A DNA stretch of 64,000 bases from the human T2T-CHM13v2.0 reference genome, Homo sapiens, in NCBI RefSeq assembly GCF_009914755.1, contig NC_060925.1. One strand, 5' to 3'. The translations under genes and the position numbers were made by a program. Below the pieces are notes generated by a model. It saw only the letters and a program-made list of their open reading frames with translations. It had not been told where the DNA came from and searched no databases. Below, one piece after another: positions 1 through 14,300 of the stretch (positions are counted from its first letter, which is position 1; each line of letters opens with the position of its first letter).

Positions 1-696
1 AATGGAATGGAATAATCCATGGACTCGAATGCAATCATCATCGAATGGAATCGAATGGAATCATCGAATGGACTCGAATGGAATAATCATTGAACGGAAT
101 CGAATGGAATCATCATCGGATGGAAACGAATGGAATCATCATCGAATGGAAATGAAAGGAGTCATCATCTAATGGAATTGCATGGAATCATCATAAAATG
201 GAATCGAATGGAATCAACATCAAATGGAATCAAATGGAATCATTGAACGGAATTGAATGGAATCGTCATCGAATGAATTGACTGCAATCATCGAATGGTC
301 TCGAATGGAATCATCTTCAAATGGAATGGAATGGAATCATCGCATAGAATCGAATGGAATTATCATCGAATGGAATCGAATGGAATCAACATCAAACGGA
401 AAAAAACGGAATTATCGAATGGAATCGAAGAGAATCATCGAATGGACCCGAATGGAATCATCTAATGGAATGGAATGGAATAATCCATGGACTCGAATGC
501 AATCATCATCGAATGGAATCGAATGGAATCATCGAATGGACTCGAATGGAATAATCATTGAACGGAATCGAATGGAATCATCATCGGATGGAAATGAATG
601 GAATCATCATCGAATGGAATCGAATAGAATTATGGAATGAAATCCAGTGTGATCATCATCGAATGGACCCGAATGGAATCATCATCCAACGGAAGC

Positions 697-707
697 TAAT
701 GGAATCA
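697..707 (+). promoter_or_regulatory. Candidate DUX4-type site TAATGGAATCA (recurs per unit; second site at 1540-1550)
   Basis: Exact match to TAAYBBAATCA. DUX4 is known to bind and activate HSATII. This is a motif match only; occupancy cannot be seen from sequence. Confidence 0.45.
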
Positions 708-1147
708 ACATCGAATGAATCGAATGGAAACACCATCGAATTGAAACGAATGGAATTATCATGAAATTGAAATGGATGGACTCATCATCGAATGGATTCG
801 AATGGAATCATCGAATAAAATTGATTGAAATCATTATCCAATGGAATCGAATGGTATCATTGAATGGAATCGAATGGAATCATCATCAGATGGAAATGAA
901 TGGAATCGTCATAGAATGGAATCGAATGGATTCATTGAATGGAATCAGATGGAATCATCGAATGGACTGGAATGGAATCATTGAATGGACTCGAAAGGGA
1001 TCATGATTGAATGGAATTGAATGGAATCATCGAATGGTCTCGATTGGAATCATTATCAAATGGAATCGAATGGAATCACCAAACAGAATCGAATGGAACA
1101 ATCATCGAATGGACTCAAATGGAATTATCCTCAAATGGAATCGAATG

Positions 1148-1192
1148 GAATTATCGAATGCAATCGAATGGAATTATCGAATGCAATCGAAT
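1148..1192 (+). repeat. Near-perfect tandem pair of a 23-bp variant monomer (GAATTATCGAATGCAATCGAATG) within each unit
   Basis: 1148-1170 is repeated at 1171-1192, which shows the 23-bp monomer periodicity directly. Confidence 0.9.
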
Positions 1193-1451
1193 AGAATCAT
1201 CGAAAGGACTCGAATGGAATCATCGAATGGAATGGAATGGAACAGTCAATGAACTCGAATGGAATCATCATTGAATGGAATCGAATGGAATCATCGAGTG
1301 GAATCGAATGGAATTATGATCAAATGGAATCTAATGTAATCATCATCAAATGGAATCAAAAATAACCATCATCAATTGGTATTGAATGGAATTGTCATCA
1401 AATGGAATTCAAAGGAATCATCATCAAATGGAACCGAATGGAATCCTCATT

Positions 1452-1919
1452 GAATGGAAATGAAAGGGGTCATCATCTAATGGAATCGCATGGAATCATC
1501 ATCAAATGGAATCGAATGGAATCATCATCAAATGGAATCTAATGGAATCATTGAACAGAATTGAATGGAATCGTCATCGAATGAATTGAATGCAATCATC
1601 GAATGGTCTCGAATGGAATCATCTTCTAATGGAAAGGAATGGAATCATCGCATAGAATCGAATGGAATTATCATCGAATGGAATCGAATGGTATCAACAC
1701 CAAACGGAAAAAAACGGAATTATCGAATGGAATCGAAGAGAATCTTCGAACGGACCCGAATGGAATCATCTAATGGAATGGAATGGAATAATCCATGGAC
1801 TCGAATGCAATCATCATCGAATGGAATGGAATGGAATCATCGAATGGACTCGAATGGAATAATCATTGAACGGAATCGAATGAAATCATCATCGGATGGA
1901 AACGAATGGAATCATCATC
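1452..1919 (+). repeat. 468-bp internal sub-repeat, copy A (present in every unit)
   Basis: Begins GAATGGAAATGAAAGGGGTCATCATCTAATGG and aligns at +468 to 1920 (GAATGGAAATGAAAGGAGTCATCATCTAATGG). The pseudo-ORFs at 1565 and 2033 are near-identical and 468 bp apart. Confidence 0.92.
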
Positions 1920-2387
1920 GAATGGAAATGAAAGGAGTCATCATCTAATGGAATTGCATGGAATCATCATAAAATGGAATCGAATGGAATCAACATCAAA
2001 TGGAATCAAATGGAATCATTGAACGGAATTGAATGGAATCGTCATCGAATGAATTGACTGCAATCATCGAATGGTCTCGAATGGAATCATCTTCAAATGG
2101 AATGGAATGGAATCATCGCATAGAATCGAATGGAATTATCATCGAATGGAATCGAATGGAATCAACATCAAACGGAAAAAAACGGAATTATCGAATGGAA
2201 TCGAAGAGAATCATCTAATGGACCCGAATGGAATCATCTAATGGAATGGAATGGAATAATCCATGGACTCGAATGCAATCATCATCGAATGGAATCGAAT
2301 GGAATCATCGAATGGACTCGAATGGAATAATCATTGAACGGAATCGAATGGAATCATCATCGGATGGAAATGAATGGAATCATCATC
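1920..2387 (+). repeat. 468-bp internal sub-repeat, copy B (present in every unit)
   Basis: Directly adjacent to copy A. It shares the landmarks CGCATAGAATCG, AAACGGAAAAAAACGG, GAAGAGAATC and AATCCATGGACTCG, with fixed differences such as TTGAATGC/TTGACTGC, TTCTAATGGAAAGG/TTCAAATGGAATGG and GGTATCAACACC/GGAATCAACATC. Confidence 0.92.
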
Positions 2388-5300
2388 GAATGGAATCGAA
2401 TAGAATTATGGAATGAAATCCAGTGTGATCATCATCGAATGGACCCGAATGGAATCATCATCCAACGGAAGCTAATGGAATCAACATCGAATGAATCGAA
2501 TGGAAACACCATCGAATTGAAACGAATGGAATTATCATGAAATTGAAATGGATGAACACATCATCGAATGGATTCGAATGGAATCATCGAATAAAATTGA
2601 TTGAAATCATCATCAAATGGAATCGAATGGTATCATTGAATGGAATCGAATGGAATCATCATCAGATGGAAATGAATGGAATCGTCATAGAATGGAATCG
2701 AATGGATTCATTGAATGGAATCAGATGGAATCATCGAATGGACTGGAATGAAATCATTGAATGGACTCGAAAGGGATCATTATTGAATGGAATTGAATGG
2801 AATCATCGAATGGTCTCGATTGGAATCATTATCAAATGGAATCGAATGGAATCACCGAATAGAATCGAATGGAACAATCATTGAATGGACTCAAATGAAA
2901 TTATACTCAGATGGAATCGAATGGAATTATCGAATGCAATCGAATGGAATTATCAAATGCAATCGAATAGAATCATCGAATGGACTCGAATGGAATCATC
3001 GAATGGAATGGAATGGAACAGTCAATGAACTCGAATGGAATCATCATTGAATGGAATCGAATGGAATCATCGAGTGGAATCGAATGGAATTATGATCAAA
3101 TGGAATCGAATGTAATCATCATCAAATGGAATCAAAAATAACCATCATCAATTGGTATTGAATGGAATTGTCATCAAATGGAATTCAAAGGAATCATCAT
3201 CAAATGGAACCGAATGGAATCCTCATTGAATGGAAATGAAAGGGGTCATCATCTAATGGAATCGCATGGAATCATCATCAAATGGAATCGAATGGAATCA
3301 TCATCAAATGGAATCTAATGGAATCATTGAACAGAATTGAATGGAATCGTCATCGAATGAATTGAATGCAATCATCAAATGGTCTCGAATGGAATCATCT
3401 TCTAATGGAAAGGAATGGAATCATCGCATAGAATCGAATGGAATTATCATCGAATGGAATCGAATGGTATCAACACCAAACGGAAAAAAACGGAATTATC
3501 GAATGGAATCGAAGAGAATCTTCGAACGGACCCGAATGGAATCATCTAATGGAATGGAATGGAATAATCCATGGACTCGAATGCAATCATCATCGAATGG
3601 AATGGAATGGAATCATCGAATGGACTCGAATGGAATAATCATTGAACGGAATCGAATGGAATCATCATCGGATGGAAATGAATGGAATCATCATCGAATG
3701 GAAATGAAAGGAGTCATCATCTAATGGAATTGCATGGAATCATCATAAAATGGAATCGAATGGAATCAACATCAAATGGAATCAAATGGAATCATTGAAC
3801 GGAATTGAATGGAATCGTCATCGAATGAATTGACTGCAATCATCGAATGGTCTCGAATGGAATCATCTTCAAATGGAATGGAATGGAATCATCGCATAGA
3901 ATCGAATGGAATTATCATCGAATGGAATCGAATGGAATCAACATCAAACGGAAAAAAACGGAATTATCGAATGGAATCGAAGAGAATCATCGAATGGACC
4001 CGAATGGAATCATCTAATGGAATGGAATGGAATAATCCATGGACTCGAATGCAATCATCATCGAATGGAATCGAATGGAATCATCGAATGGACTCGAATG
4101 GAATAATCATTGAACGGAATCGAATGGAATCATCATCGGATGGAAATGAATGGAATCATCATCGAATGGAATCGAATAGAATTATGGAATGAAATCCAGT
4201 GTGATCATCATCGAATGGACCCGAATGGAATCATCATCCAACGGAAGCTAATGGAATCAACATCGAATGAATCGAATGGAAACACCATCGAATTGAAACG
4301 AATGGAATTATCATGAAATTGAAATGGATGGACTCATCATCGAATGGATTCGAATGGAATCATCAAATAAAATTGATTGAAATCATCATCCAATGGAATC
4401 GAATGGTATCATTGAATGGAATCGAATGGAATCATCATCAGATGGAAATGAATGGAATCGTCATAGAATGGAATCGAATGGATTCATTGAATGGAATCAG
4501 ATGGAATCATCGAATGGACTGGAATGGAATCATTGAATGGACTCGAAAGGGATCATGATTGAATGGAATTGAATGGAATCATCGAATGGTCTCGATTGGA
4601 ATCATTATCAAATGGAATCGAATGGAATCACCGAATAGAATCGAATGGAACAATCATCGAATGGACTCAAATGGAATTATCCTCAAATGGAATCGAATGG
4701 AATTATCGAATGCAATCGAATGGAATTATCGAATGCAATCGAATAGAATCATCGAAAGGACTCGAATGGAATCATCGAATGGAATGGAATGGAACAGTCA
4801 ATGAACTCGAATGGAATCATCATTGAATGGAATCGAATGGAATCATCGAGTGGAATCGAATGGAATTATGATCAAATGGAATCGAATGTAATCATCATCA
4901 AATGGAATCAAAAATAACCATCATCAATTGGTATTGAATGGAATTGTCATCAAATGGAATTCAAAGGAATCATCATCAAATGGAACCGAATGGAATCCTC
5001 ATTGAATGGAAATGAAAGGGGTCATCATCTAATGGAATCGCATGGAATCATCATCAAATGGAATCGAATGGAATCATCATCAAATGGAATCTAATGGAAT
5101 CATTGAACAGAATTGAATGGAATCGTCATCGAATGAATTGAATGCAATCATCGAATGGTCTCGAATGGAATCTTCTTCTAATGGAAAGGAATGGAATCAT
5201 CGCATAGAATCGAATGGAATTATCATCGAATGGAATCGAATGGTATCAACACCAAACGGAAAAAAACGGAATTATCGAATGGAATCGAAGAGAATCTTCG

Positions 5301-8300
5301 AACGGACCCGAATGGAATCATCTAATGGAATGGAATGGAATAATCCATGGACTCGAATGCAATCATCATCGAATGGAATCGAATGGAATCATCGAATGGA
5401 CACGAATGGAATAATCATTGAACGGAATCGAATGGAATCATCATCGGATGGAAATGAATGGAATCATCCTCGAATGGAAATGAAAGGAGTCATCATCTAA
5501 TGGAATTGCATGGAATCATCATAAAATGGAATCGAATGGAATCAACCTCAAATGGAATCAAATGGAATCATTGAACGGAATTGAATGGAATCGTCATCGA
5601 ATGAATTGACTGCAATCATCGAATGGTCTCGAATGGAATCATCTTCAAATGGAATGGAATGGAATCATCGCATAGAATCGAATGGAATTATCATCGAATG
5701 GAATCGAATGGAATCAACATCAAACGGAAAAAAACGGAATTATCGAATGGAATCGAAGAGAATCATCGAATGGACCCGAATGGAATCATCTAATGGAATG
5801 GAATGGAATAATCCATGGACTCGAATGCAATCATCATCGAATGGAATCGAATGGAATCATCGAATGGACTCGAATGGAATAATCATTGAACGGAATCGAA
5901 TGGAATCATCATCGGATGGAAATGAATGGAATCATCATCGAATGGAATCGAATAGAATTATGGAATGAAATCCAGTGTGATCATCATCGAATGGACCCGA
6001 ATGGAATCATCATCCAACGGAAGCTAATGGAATCAACATCGAATGAATCGAATGGAAACACCATCGAATTGAAACGAATGGAATTATCATGAAATTGAAA
6101 TGGATGGACTCATCATCGAATGGATTCGAATGGAATCATCGAATAAAATTGATTGAAATCATCATCCAATGGAATCGAATGGTATCATTGAATGGAATCG
6201 AATGGAATCATCATCAGATGGAAATGAATGGAATCGTCATAGAATGGAATCGAATGGATTCATTGAATGGAATCAGATGGAATCATCGAATGGACTGGAA
6301 TGGAATCATTGAATGGACTCGAAAGGGATCATTATTGAATGGAATTGAATGGAATCATCGAATGGTCTCGATTGGAATCATTATCAAATGGAATCGAATG
6401 GAATCACCGAATAGAATCGAATGGAACAATCATCGAATGGACTCAAATGGAATTATCCTCAAATGGAATCGAATGGAATTATCGAATGCAATCGAATGGA
6501 ATTATCGAATGCAATCGAATAGAATCATCGAATGGACTCGAATGGAATCATCGAATGGAATGGAATGGAACAGTCAATGAACTCGAATGGAATCATCATT
6601 GAATGGAATCGAATGGAATCATCGAGTGGAATCGAATGGAATTATGATCAAATGGAATCGAATGTAATCATCATCAAATGGAATCAAAAATAACCATCAT
6701 CAATTGGTATTGAATGGAATTGTCATCAAATGGAATTCAAAGGAATCATCATCAAATGGAACCGAATGGAATCCTCATTGAATGGAAATGAAAGGGGTCA
6801 TCATCTAATGGAATCGCATGGAATCATCATCAAATGGAATCGAATGGAATCATCATCAAATGGAATCTAATGGAATCATTGAACAGAATTGAATGGAATC
6901 GTCATCGAATGAATTGAATGCAATCATCGAATGGTCTCGAATGGAATCATCTTCTAATGGAAAGGAATGGAATCATCGCATAGAATCGAATGGAATTATC
7001 ATCGAATGGAATCGAATGGTATCAACACCAAACGGAAAAATACGGAATTATCGAATGGAATCGAAGAGAATCTTCGAACGGACCCGAATGGAATCATCTA
7101 ATGGAATGGAATGGAATAATCCATGGACTCGAATGCAATCATCATCGAATGGAATGGAATGGAATCATCGAATGGACTCGAATGGAATAATCATTGAACG
7201 GAATCGAATGGAATCATCATCGGATGGAAACGAATGGAATCATCATCGAATGGAAATGAAAGGAGTCATCATCTAATGGAATTGCATGGAATCATCATAA
7301 AATGGAATCGAATGGAATCAACATCAAATGGAATCAAATGGAATCATTGAACGGAATTGAATGGAATCGTCATCGAATGAATTGACTGCAATCATCGAAT
7401 GGTCTCGAATGGAATCATCTTCAAATGGAATGGAATGGAATCATCGCATAGAATCGAATGGAATTATCATCGAATGGAATCGAATGGAATCAACATCAAA
7501 CGGAAAAAAACGGAATTATCGAATGGAATCGAAGAGAATCATCGAATGGACCCGAATGGAATCATCTAATGGAATGGAATGGAATAATCCATGGACTCGA
7601 ATGCAATCATCATCGAATGGAATCGAATGGAATCATCGAATGGACTCGAATGGAATAATCATTGAACGGAATCGAATGGAATCATCATCGGATGGAAATG
7701 AATGGAATCATCATCGAATGGAATCGAATAGAATTATGGAATGAAATCCAGTGTGATCATCATCGAATGGACCCGAATGGAATCATCATCCAACGGAAGC
7801 TAATGGAATCAACATCGAATGAATCGAATGGAAACACCATCGAATTGAAACGAATGGAATTATCATGAAATTGAAATGGATGGACTCATCATCGAATGGA
7901 TTCGAATGGAATCATCGAATAAAATTGATTGAAATCATCATCCAATGGAATCGAATGGTATCATTGAATGGAAACGAATGGAATCATCATCAGATGGAAA
8001 TGAATGGAATCGTCATAGAATGGAATCGAATGGATTCATTGAATGGAATCAGATGGAATCATCGAATGGACTGGAATGGAATCATTGAATGGACTCGAAA
8101 GGGATCATGATTGAATGGAATTGAATGGAATCATCGAATGGTCTCGATTGGAATCATTATCAAATGGAATCGAATGGAATCACCGAATAGAATCGAATGG
8201 AACAATCATCGAATGGACTCAAATGGAATTATCCTCCAATGGAATCGAATGGAATTATCGAATGCAATCGAATGGAATTATCGAATGCAATCGAATAGAA

Positions 8301-11300
8301 TCATCGAATGGACTCGAATGGAATCATCGAATGGAATGGAATGGAACAGTCAATGAACTCGAATGGAATCATCATTGAATGGAATCGAATGGAATCATCG
8401 AGTGGAATCGAATGGAATTATGATCAAATGGAATCGAATGTAATCCTCATCAAATGGAATCAAAAATAACCATCATCAATTGGTATTGAATGGAATTGTC
8501 ATCAAATGGAATTCAAAGGAATCATCATCAAATGGAACCGAATGGAATCCTCATTGAATGGAAATGAAAGGGGTCATCATCTAATGGAATCGCATGGAAT
8601 CATCATCAAATGGAATCGAATGGAATCATCATCAAATGGAATCTAATGGAATCATTGAACAGAATTGAATGGAATCGTCATCGAATGAATTGAATGCAAT
8701 CATCGAATGGTCTCGAATGGAATCATCTTCTAATGGAAAGGAATGGAATCATCGCATAGAATCGAATGGAATTATCATCGAATGGAATCAAATGGTATCA
8801 ACACCAAACGGAAAAAAACGGAATTATCGAATGGAATCGAAGAGAATCTTCGAACGGACCCGAATGGAATCATCTAATGGAATGGAATGGAATAATCCAT
8901 GGACTCGAATGCAATCATCATCGAATGGAATGGAATGGAATCATCGAATGGACTCGAATGGAATAATCATTGAACGGAATCGAATGGAATCATCATCGGA
9001 TGGAAACGAATGGAATCATCATCGAATGGAAATGAAAGGAGTCATCATCTAATGGAATTGCATGGAATCATCATAAAATGGAATCGAATGGAATCCACAT
9101 CAAATGGAATCAAATGGAATCATTGAACGGAATTGAATGGAATCGTCATCGAATGAATTGACTGCAATCATCGAATGGGCTCGAATGGAATCATCTTCAA
9201 ATGGAATGGAATGGAATCATCGCATAGAATCGAATGGAATTATCATCGAATGGAATCGAATGGAATCAACATCAAATGGAAAAAAACGGAATTATCGAAT
9301 GGAATCGAAGAGAATCATCGAATGGACCCGAATGGAATCATCTAATGGAATGGAATGGAATAATCCATGGACTCGAATGCAATCATCATCGAATGGAATC
9401 GAATGGAATCATCGAATGGACTCGAATGGAATAATCATTGAACGGAATCGAATGGAATCATCATCGGATGGAAATGAATGGAATCATCATCGAATGGAAT
9501 CGAATAGAATTATGGAATGAAATCCAGTGTGATCATCATCGAATGGACCCGAATGGAATCATCATCCAACGGAAGCTAATGGAATCAACATCGAATGAAT
9601 CGAATGGAAACACCATCGAATTGAAACGAATGGAATTATCATGAAATTGAAATGGATGGACTCATCATCGAATGGATTCGAATGGAATCATCGAATAAAA
9701 TTGATTGAAATCATCATCCAATGGAATCGAATGGTATCATTGAATGGAATCGAATGGAATCATCATCAGATGGAAATGAATGGAATCGTCATAGAATGGA
9801 ATCGAATGGATTCATTGAATGGAATCAGATGGAATCATCGAATGGACTGGAATGGAATCATTGAATGGACTCGAAAGGGATCATGATTGAATGGAATTGA
9901 ATGGAATCATCGAATGGTCTCGATTGGAATCATTATCAAATGGAATCGAATGGAATCACCGAATAGAATCGAATGGAACAATCATCGAATGGACTCAAAT
10001 GGAATTATCCTCAAATGGAATCGAATGGAATTATCGAATGCAATCGAATGGAATTATCGAATGCAATCGAATAGAATCATCGAATGGACTCGAATGGAAT
10101 CATCGAATGGAATGGAATGGAACAGTCAATGAACTCGAATGGAATCATCATTGATTGGAATCGAATGGAATCATCGAGTGGAATCGAATGGAATTATGAT
10201 CAAATGGAATCGAATGTAATCATCATCAAATGGAATCAAAAATAACCATCATCAATTGGTATTGAATGGAATTGTCATCAAATGGAATTCAAAGGAATCA
10301 TCATCAAATGGAACCGAATGGAATCCTCATTGAATGGAAATGAAAGGGGTCATCATCTAATGGAATCGCATGGAATCATCATCAAATGGAATCGAATGGA
10401 ATCATCATCAAATGGAATCTAATGGAATCATTGAACAGAATTGAATGGAATCGTCATCGAATGAATTGAATGCAATCATCGAATGGTCTCGAATGGAATC
10501 ATCTTCTAATGGAAAGGAATGGAATCATCGCATAGAATCGAATGGAATTATCATCGAATGGAATCGAATGGTATCAACACCAAACGGAAAAAAACGGAAT
10601 TATCGAATGGAATCGAAGAGAATCTTCGAACGGACCCGAATGGAATCATCTAATGGAATGGAATGGAATAATCCATGGACTCGAATGCAATCATCATCGA
10701 ATGGAATCGAATGGAGTCATCGAATGGACTCGAATGGAATAATCATTGAACGGAATCGAATGGAATCATCATCGGATGGAAACGAATGGAATCATCATCG
10801 AATGGAAATGAAAGGAGTCATCATCTAATGGAATTGCATGGAATCATCATAAAATGGAATCGAATGGAATCAACATCAAATGGAATCAAATGGAATCATT
10901 GAACGGAATTGAATGGAATCGTCATCGAATGAATTGACTGCAATCATCGAATGGTCTCGAATGGAATCATCTTCAAATGGAATGGAATGGAATCATCGCA
11001 TAGAATCGAATGGAATTATCATCGAATGGAATCGAATGGAATCAACATCAAACGGAAAAAAACAGAATTATCGTATGGAATCGAAGAGAATCATCGAATG
11101 GACCCGAATGGAATCATCTAATGGAATGGAATGGAATAATCCATGGACTCGAATGCAATCATCATCGAATGGAATCGAATGGAATCATCGAATGGACTCG
11201 AATGGAATAATCATTGAACGGAATCGAATGGAATCATCATCGGATGGAAATGAATGGAATCATCATCGAATGGAATCGAATAGAATTATGGAATGAAATC

Positions 11301-14300
11301 CAGTGTGATCATCATCGAATGGACCCGAATGGAATCATCATCCAACGGAAGCTAATGGAATCAACATCGAATGAATCGAATGGAAACACCATCGAATTGA
11401 AACGAATGGAATTATCATGAAATTGAAATGGATGGACACATCATCGAATGGATTCGAATGGAATCATCGAATAAAATTGATTGAAATCATCATCCAATGG
11501 AATCGAATGGTATCATTGAATGGAATCGAATGGAATCATCATCAGATGGAAATGAATGGAATCGTCATAGAATGGAATCGAATGGATTCATTGAATGGAA
11601 TCAGATGGAATCATCGAATGGACTGGAATGGAATCATTGAATGGACTCGAAAGGGATCATTATTGAATGGAATTGAATGGAATCATCGAATGGTCTCGAT
11701 TGGAATCATTATCAAATGGAATCGAATGGAATCACCGAATAGAATCGAATGGAACAATCATCGAATGGACTCAAATGGAATTATCCTCCAATGGAATCGA
11801 ATGGAATTATCGAATGCAATCGAATGGAATTATCGAATGCAATCGAATAGAATCATCGAATGGACTCGAATGGAATCATCGAATGGAATGGAATGGAACA
11901 GTCAATGAACTCGAATGGAATCATCATTGAATGGAATCGAATGGAATCATCGAGTGGAATCGAATGGAATTATGATCAAATGGAATCGAATGTAATCATC
12001 ATCAAATGGAATCAAAAATAACCATCATCAATTGGTATTGAATGGAATTGTCATCAAATGGAATTCAAAGGAATCATCATCAAATGGAACCGAATGGAAT
12101 CCTCATTGAATGGAAATGAAAGGGGTCATCATCTAATGGAATCGCATGGAATCATCATCAAATGGAATCGAATGGAATCATCATCAAATGGAATCTAATG
12201 GAATCATTGAACAGAATTGAATGGAATCGTCATCGAATGAATTGAATGCAATCATCGAATGGTCTCGAATGGAATCATCTTCTAATGGAAAGGAATGGAA
12301 TCATCGCATAGAATCGAATGGAATTATCATCGAATGGAATCGAATGGTATCAACACCAAACGGAAAAATACGGAATTATCGAATGGAATCGAAGAGAATC
12401 TTCGAACGGACCCGAATGGAATCATCTAATGGAATGGAATGGAATAATCCATGGACTCGAATGCAATCATCATCGAATGGAATGGAATGGAATCATCGAA
12501 TGGACTCGAATGGAATAATCATTGAACGGAATCGAATGGAATCATCATCGGATGGAAACGAATGGAATCATCATCGAATGGAAATGAAAGGAGTCATCAT
12601 CTAATGGAATTGCATGGAATCATCATAAAATGGAATCGAATGGAATCAACATCAAATGGAATCAAATGGAATCATTGAACGGAATTGAATGGAATCGTCA
12701 TCGAATGAATTGACTGCAATCATCGAATGGTCTCGAATGGAATCATCTTCAAATGGAATGGAATGGAATCATCGCATAGAATCGAATGGAATTATCATCG
12801 AATGGAATCGAATGGAATCAACATCAAACGGAAAAAAACGGAATTATCGAATGGAATCGAAGAGAATCATCGAATGGACCCGAATGGAATCATCTAATGG
12901 AATGGAATGGAATAATCCATGGACTCGAATGCAATCATCATCGAATGGAATCGAATGGAATCATCGAATGGACTCGAATGGAATAATCATTGAACGGAAT
13001 CGAATGGAATCATCATCGGATGGAAATGAATGGAATCATCATCGAATGGAATCGAATAGAATTATGGAATGAAATCCAGTGTGATCATCATCGAATGGAC
13101 CCGAATGGAATCATCATCCAACGGAAGCTAATGGAATCAACATCGAATGAATCGAATGGAAACACCATCGAATTGAAACGAATGGAATTATCATGAAATT
13201 GAAATGGATGGACTCATCATCGAATGGATTCGAATGGAATCATCGAATAAAATTGATTGAAATCATCATCCAATGGAATCGAATGGTATCATTGAATGGA
13301 ATCGAATGGAATCATCATCAGATGGAAATGAATGGAATCGTCATAGAATGGAATCGAATGGATTCATTGAATGGAATCAGATGGAATCATCGAATGGACT
13401 GGAATGGAATCATTGAATGGACTCGAAAGGGATCATGATTGAATGGAATTGAATGGAATCATCGAATGGTCTCGATTGGAATCATTATCAAATGGAATCG
13501 AATGGAATCACCGAATAGAATCGAATGGAACAATCATCGAATGGACTCAAATGGAATTATCCTCAAATGGAATCGAATGGAATTATCGAATGCAATCGAA
13601 TGGAATTATCGAATGCAATCGAATAGAATCATCGAATGGACTCGAATGGAATCATCGAATGGAATGGAATGGAACAGTCAATGAACTCGAATGGAATCAT
13701 CATTGATTGGAATCGAATGGAATCATCGAGTGGAATCGAATGGAATTATGATCAAATGGAATCGAATGTAATCATCATCAAATGGAATCAAAAATAACCA
13801 TCATCAATTGGTATTGAATGGAATTGTCATCAAATGGAATTCAAAGGAATCATCATCAAATGGAACCGAATGGAATCCTCATTGAATGGAAATGAAAGGG
13901 GTCATCATCTAATGGAATCGCATGGAATCATCATCAAATGGAATCGAATGGAATCATCATCAAATGGAATCTAATGGAATCATTGAACAGAATTGAATGG
14001 AATCGTCATCGAATGAATTGAATGCAATCATCGAATGGTCTCGAATGGAATCATCTTCTAATGGAAAGGAATGGAATCATCGCATAGAATCGAATGGAAT
14101 TATCATCGAATGGAATCGAATGGTATCAACACCAAACGGAAAAAAACGGAATTATCGAATGGAATCGAAGAGAATCTTCGAACGGACCCGAATGGAATCA
14201 TCTAATGGAATGGAATGGAATAATCCATGGACTCGAATGCAATCATCATCGAATGGAATCGAATGGAGTCATCGAATGGACTCGAATGGAATAATCATTG

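Larger units (their letters stand above)
1405..3180 (+). repeat. Example 1776-bp repeat unit delimited by EcoRI sites
   Basis: GAATTC at 1405-1410 (GGAATTCAAAGG) and again at 3181-3186. The same site recurs in each unit, e.g. 40476-40481. Confidence 0.95.

Noticed and set aside
394-410. AAACGGAAAAAAACGGA as a poly-A tail or target-site duplication remnant
   Set aside because: It aligns as a mutated GAATGGAATCGAATGGA monomer and is present in both sub-repeats of the units.
6089-6580. 163-aa ORF toggled by a TGA/TTA variant, resembling a regulated readthrough or phase switch
   Set aside because: It is a simple segregating SNV in the satellite (CATGATT/CATTATT); nothing supports translation.
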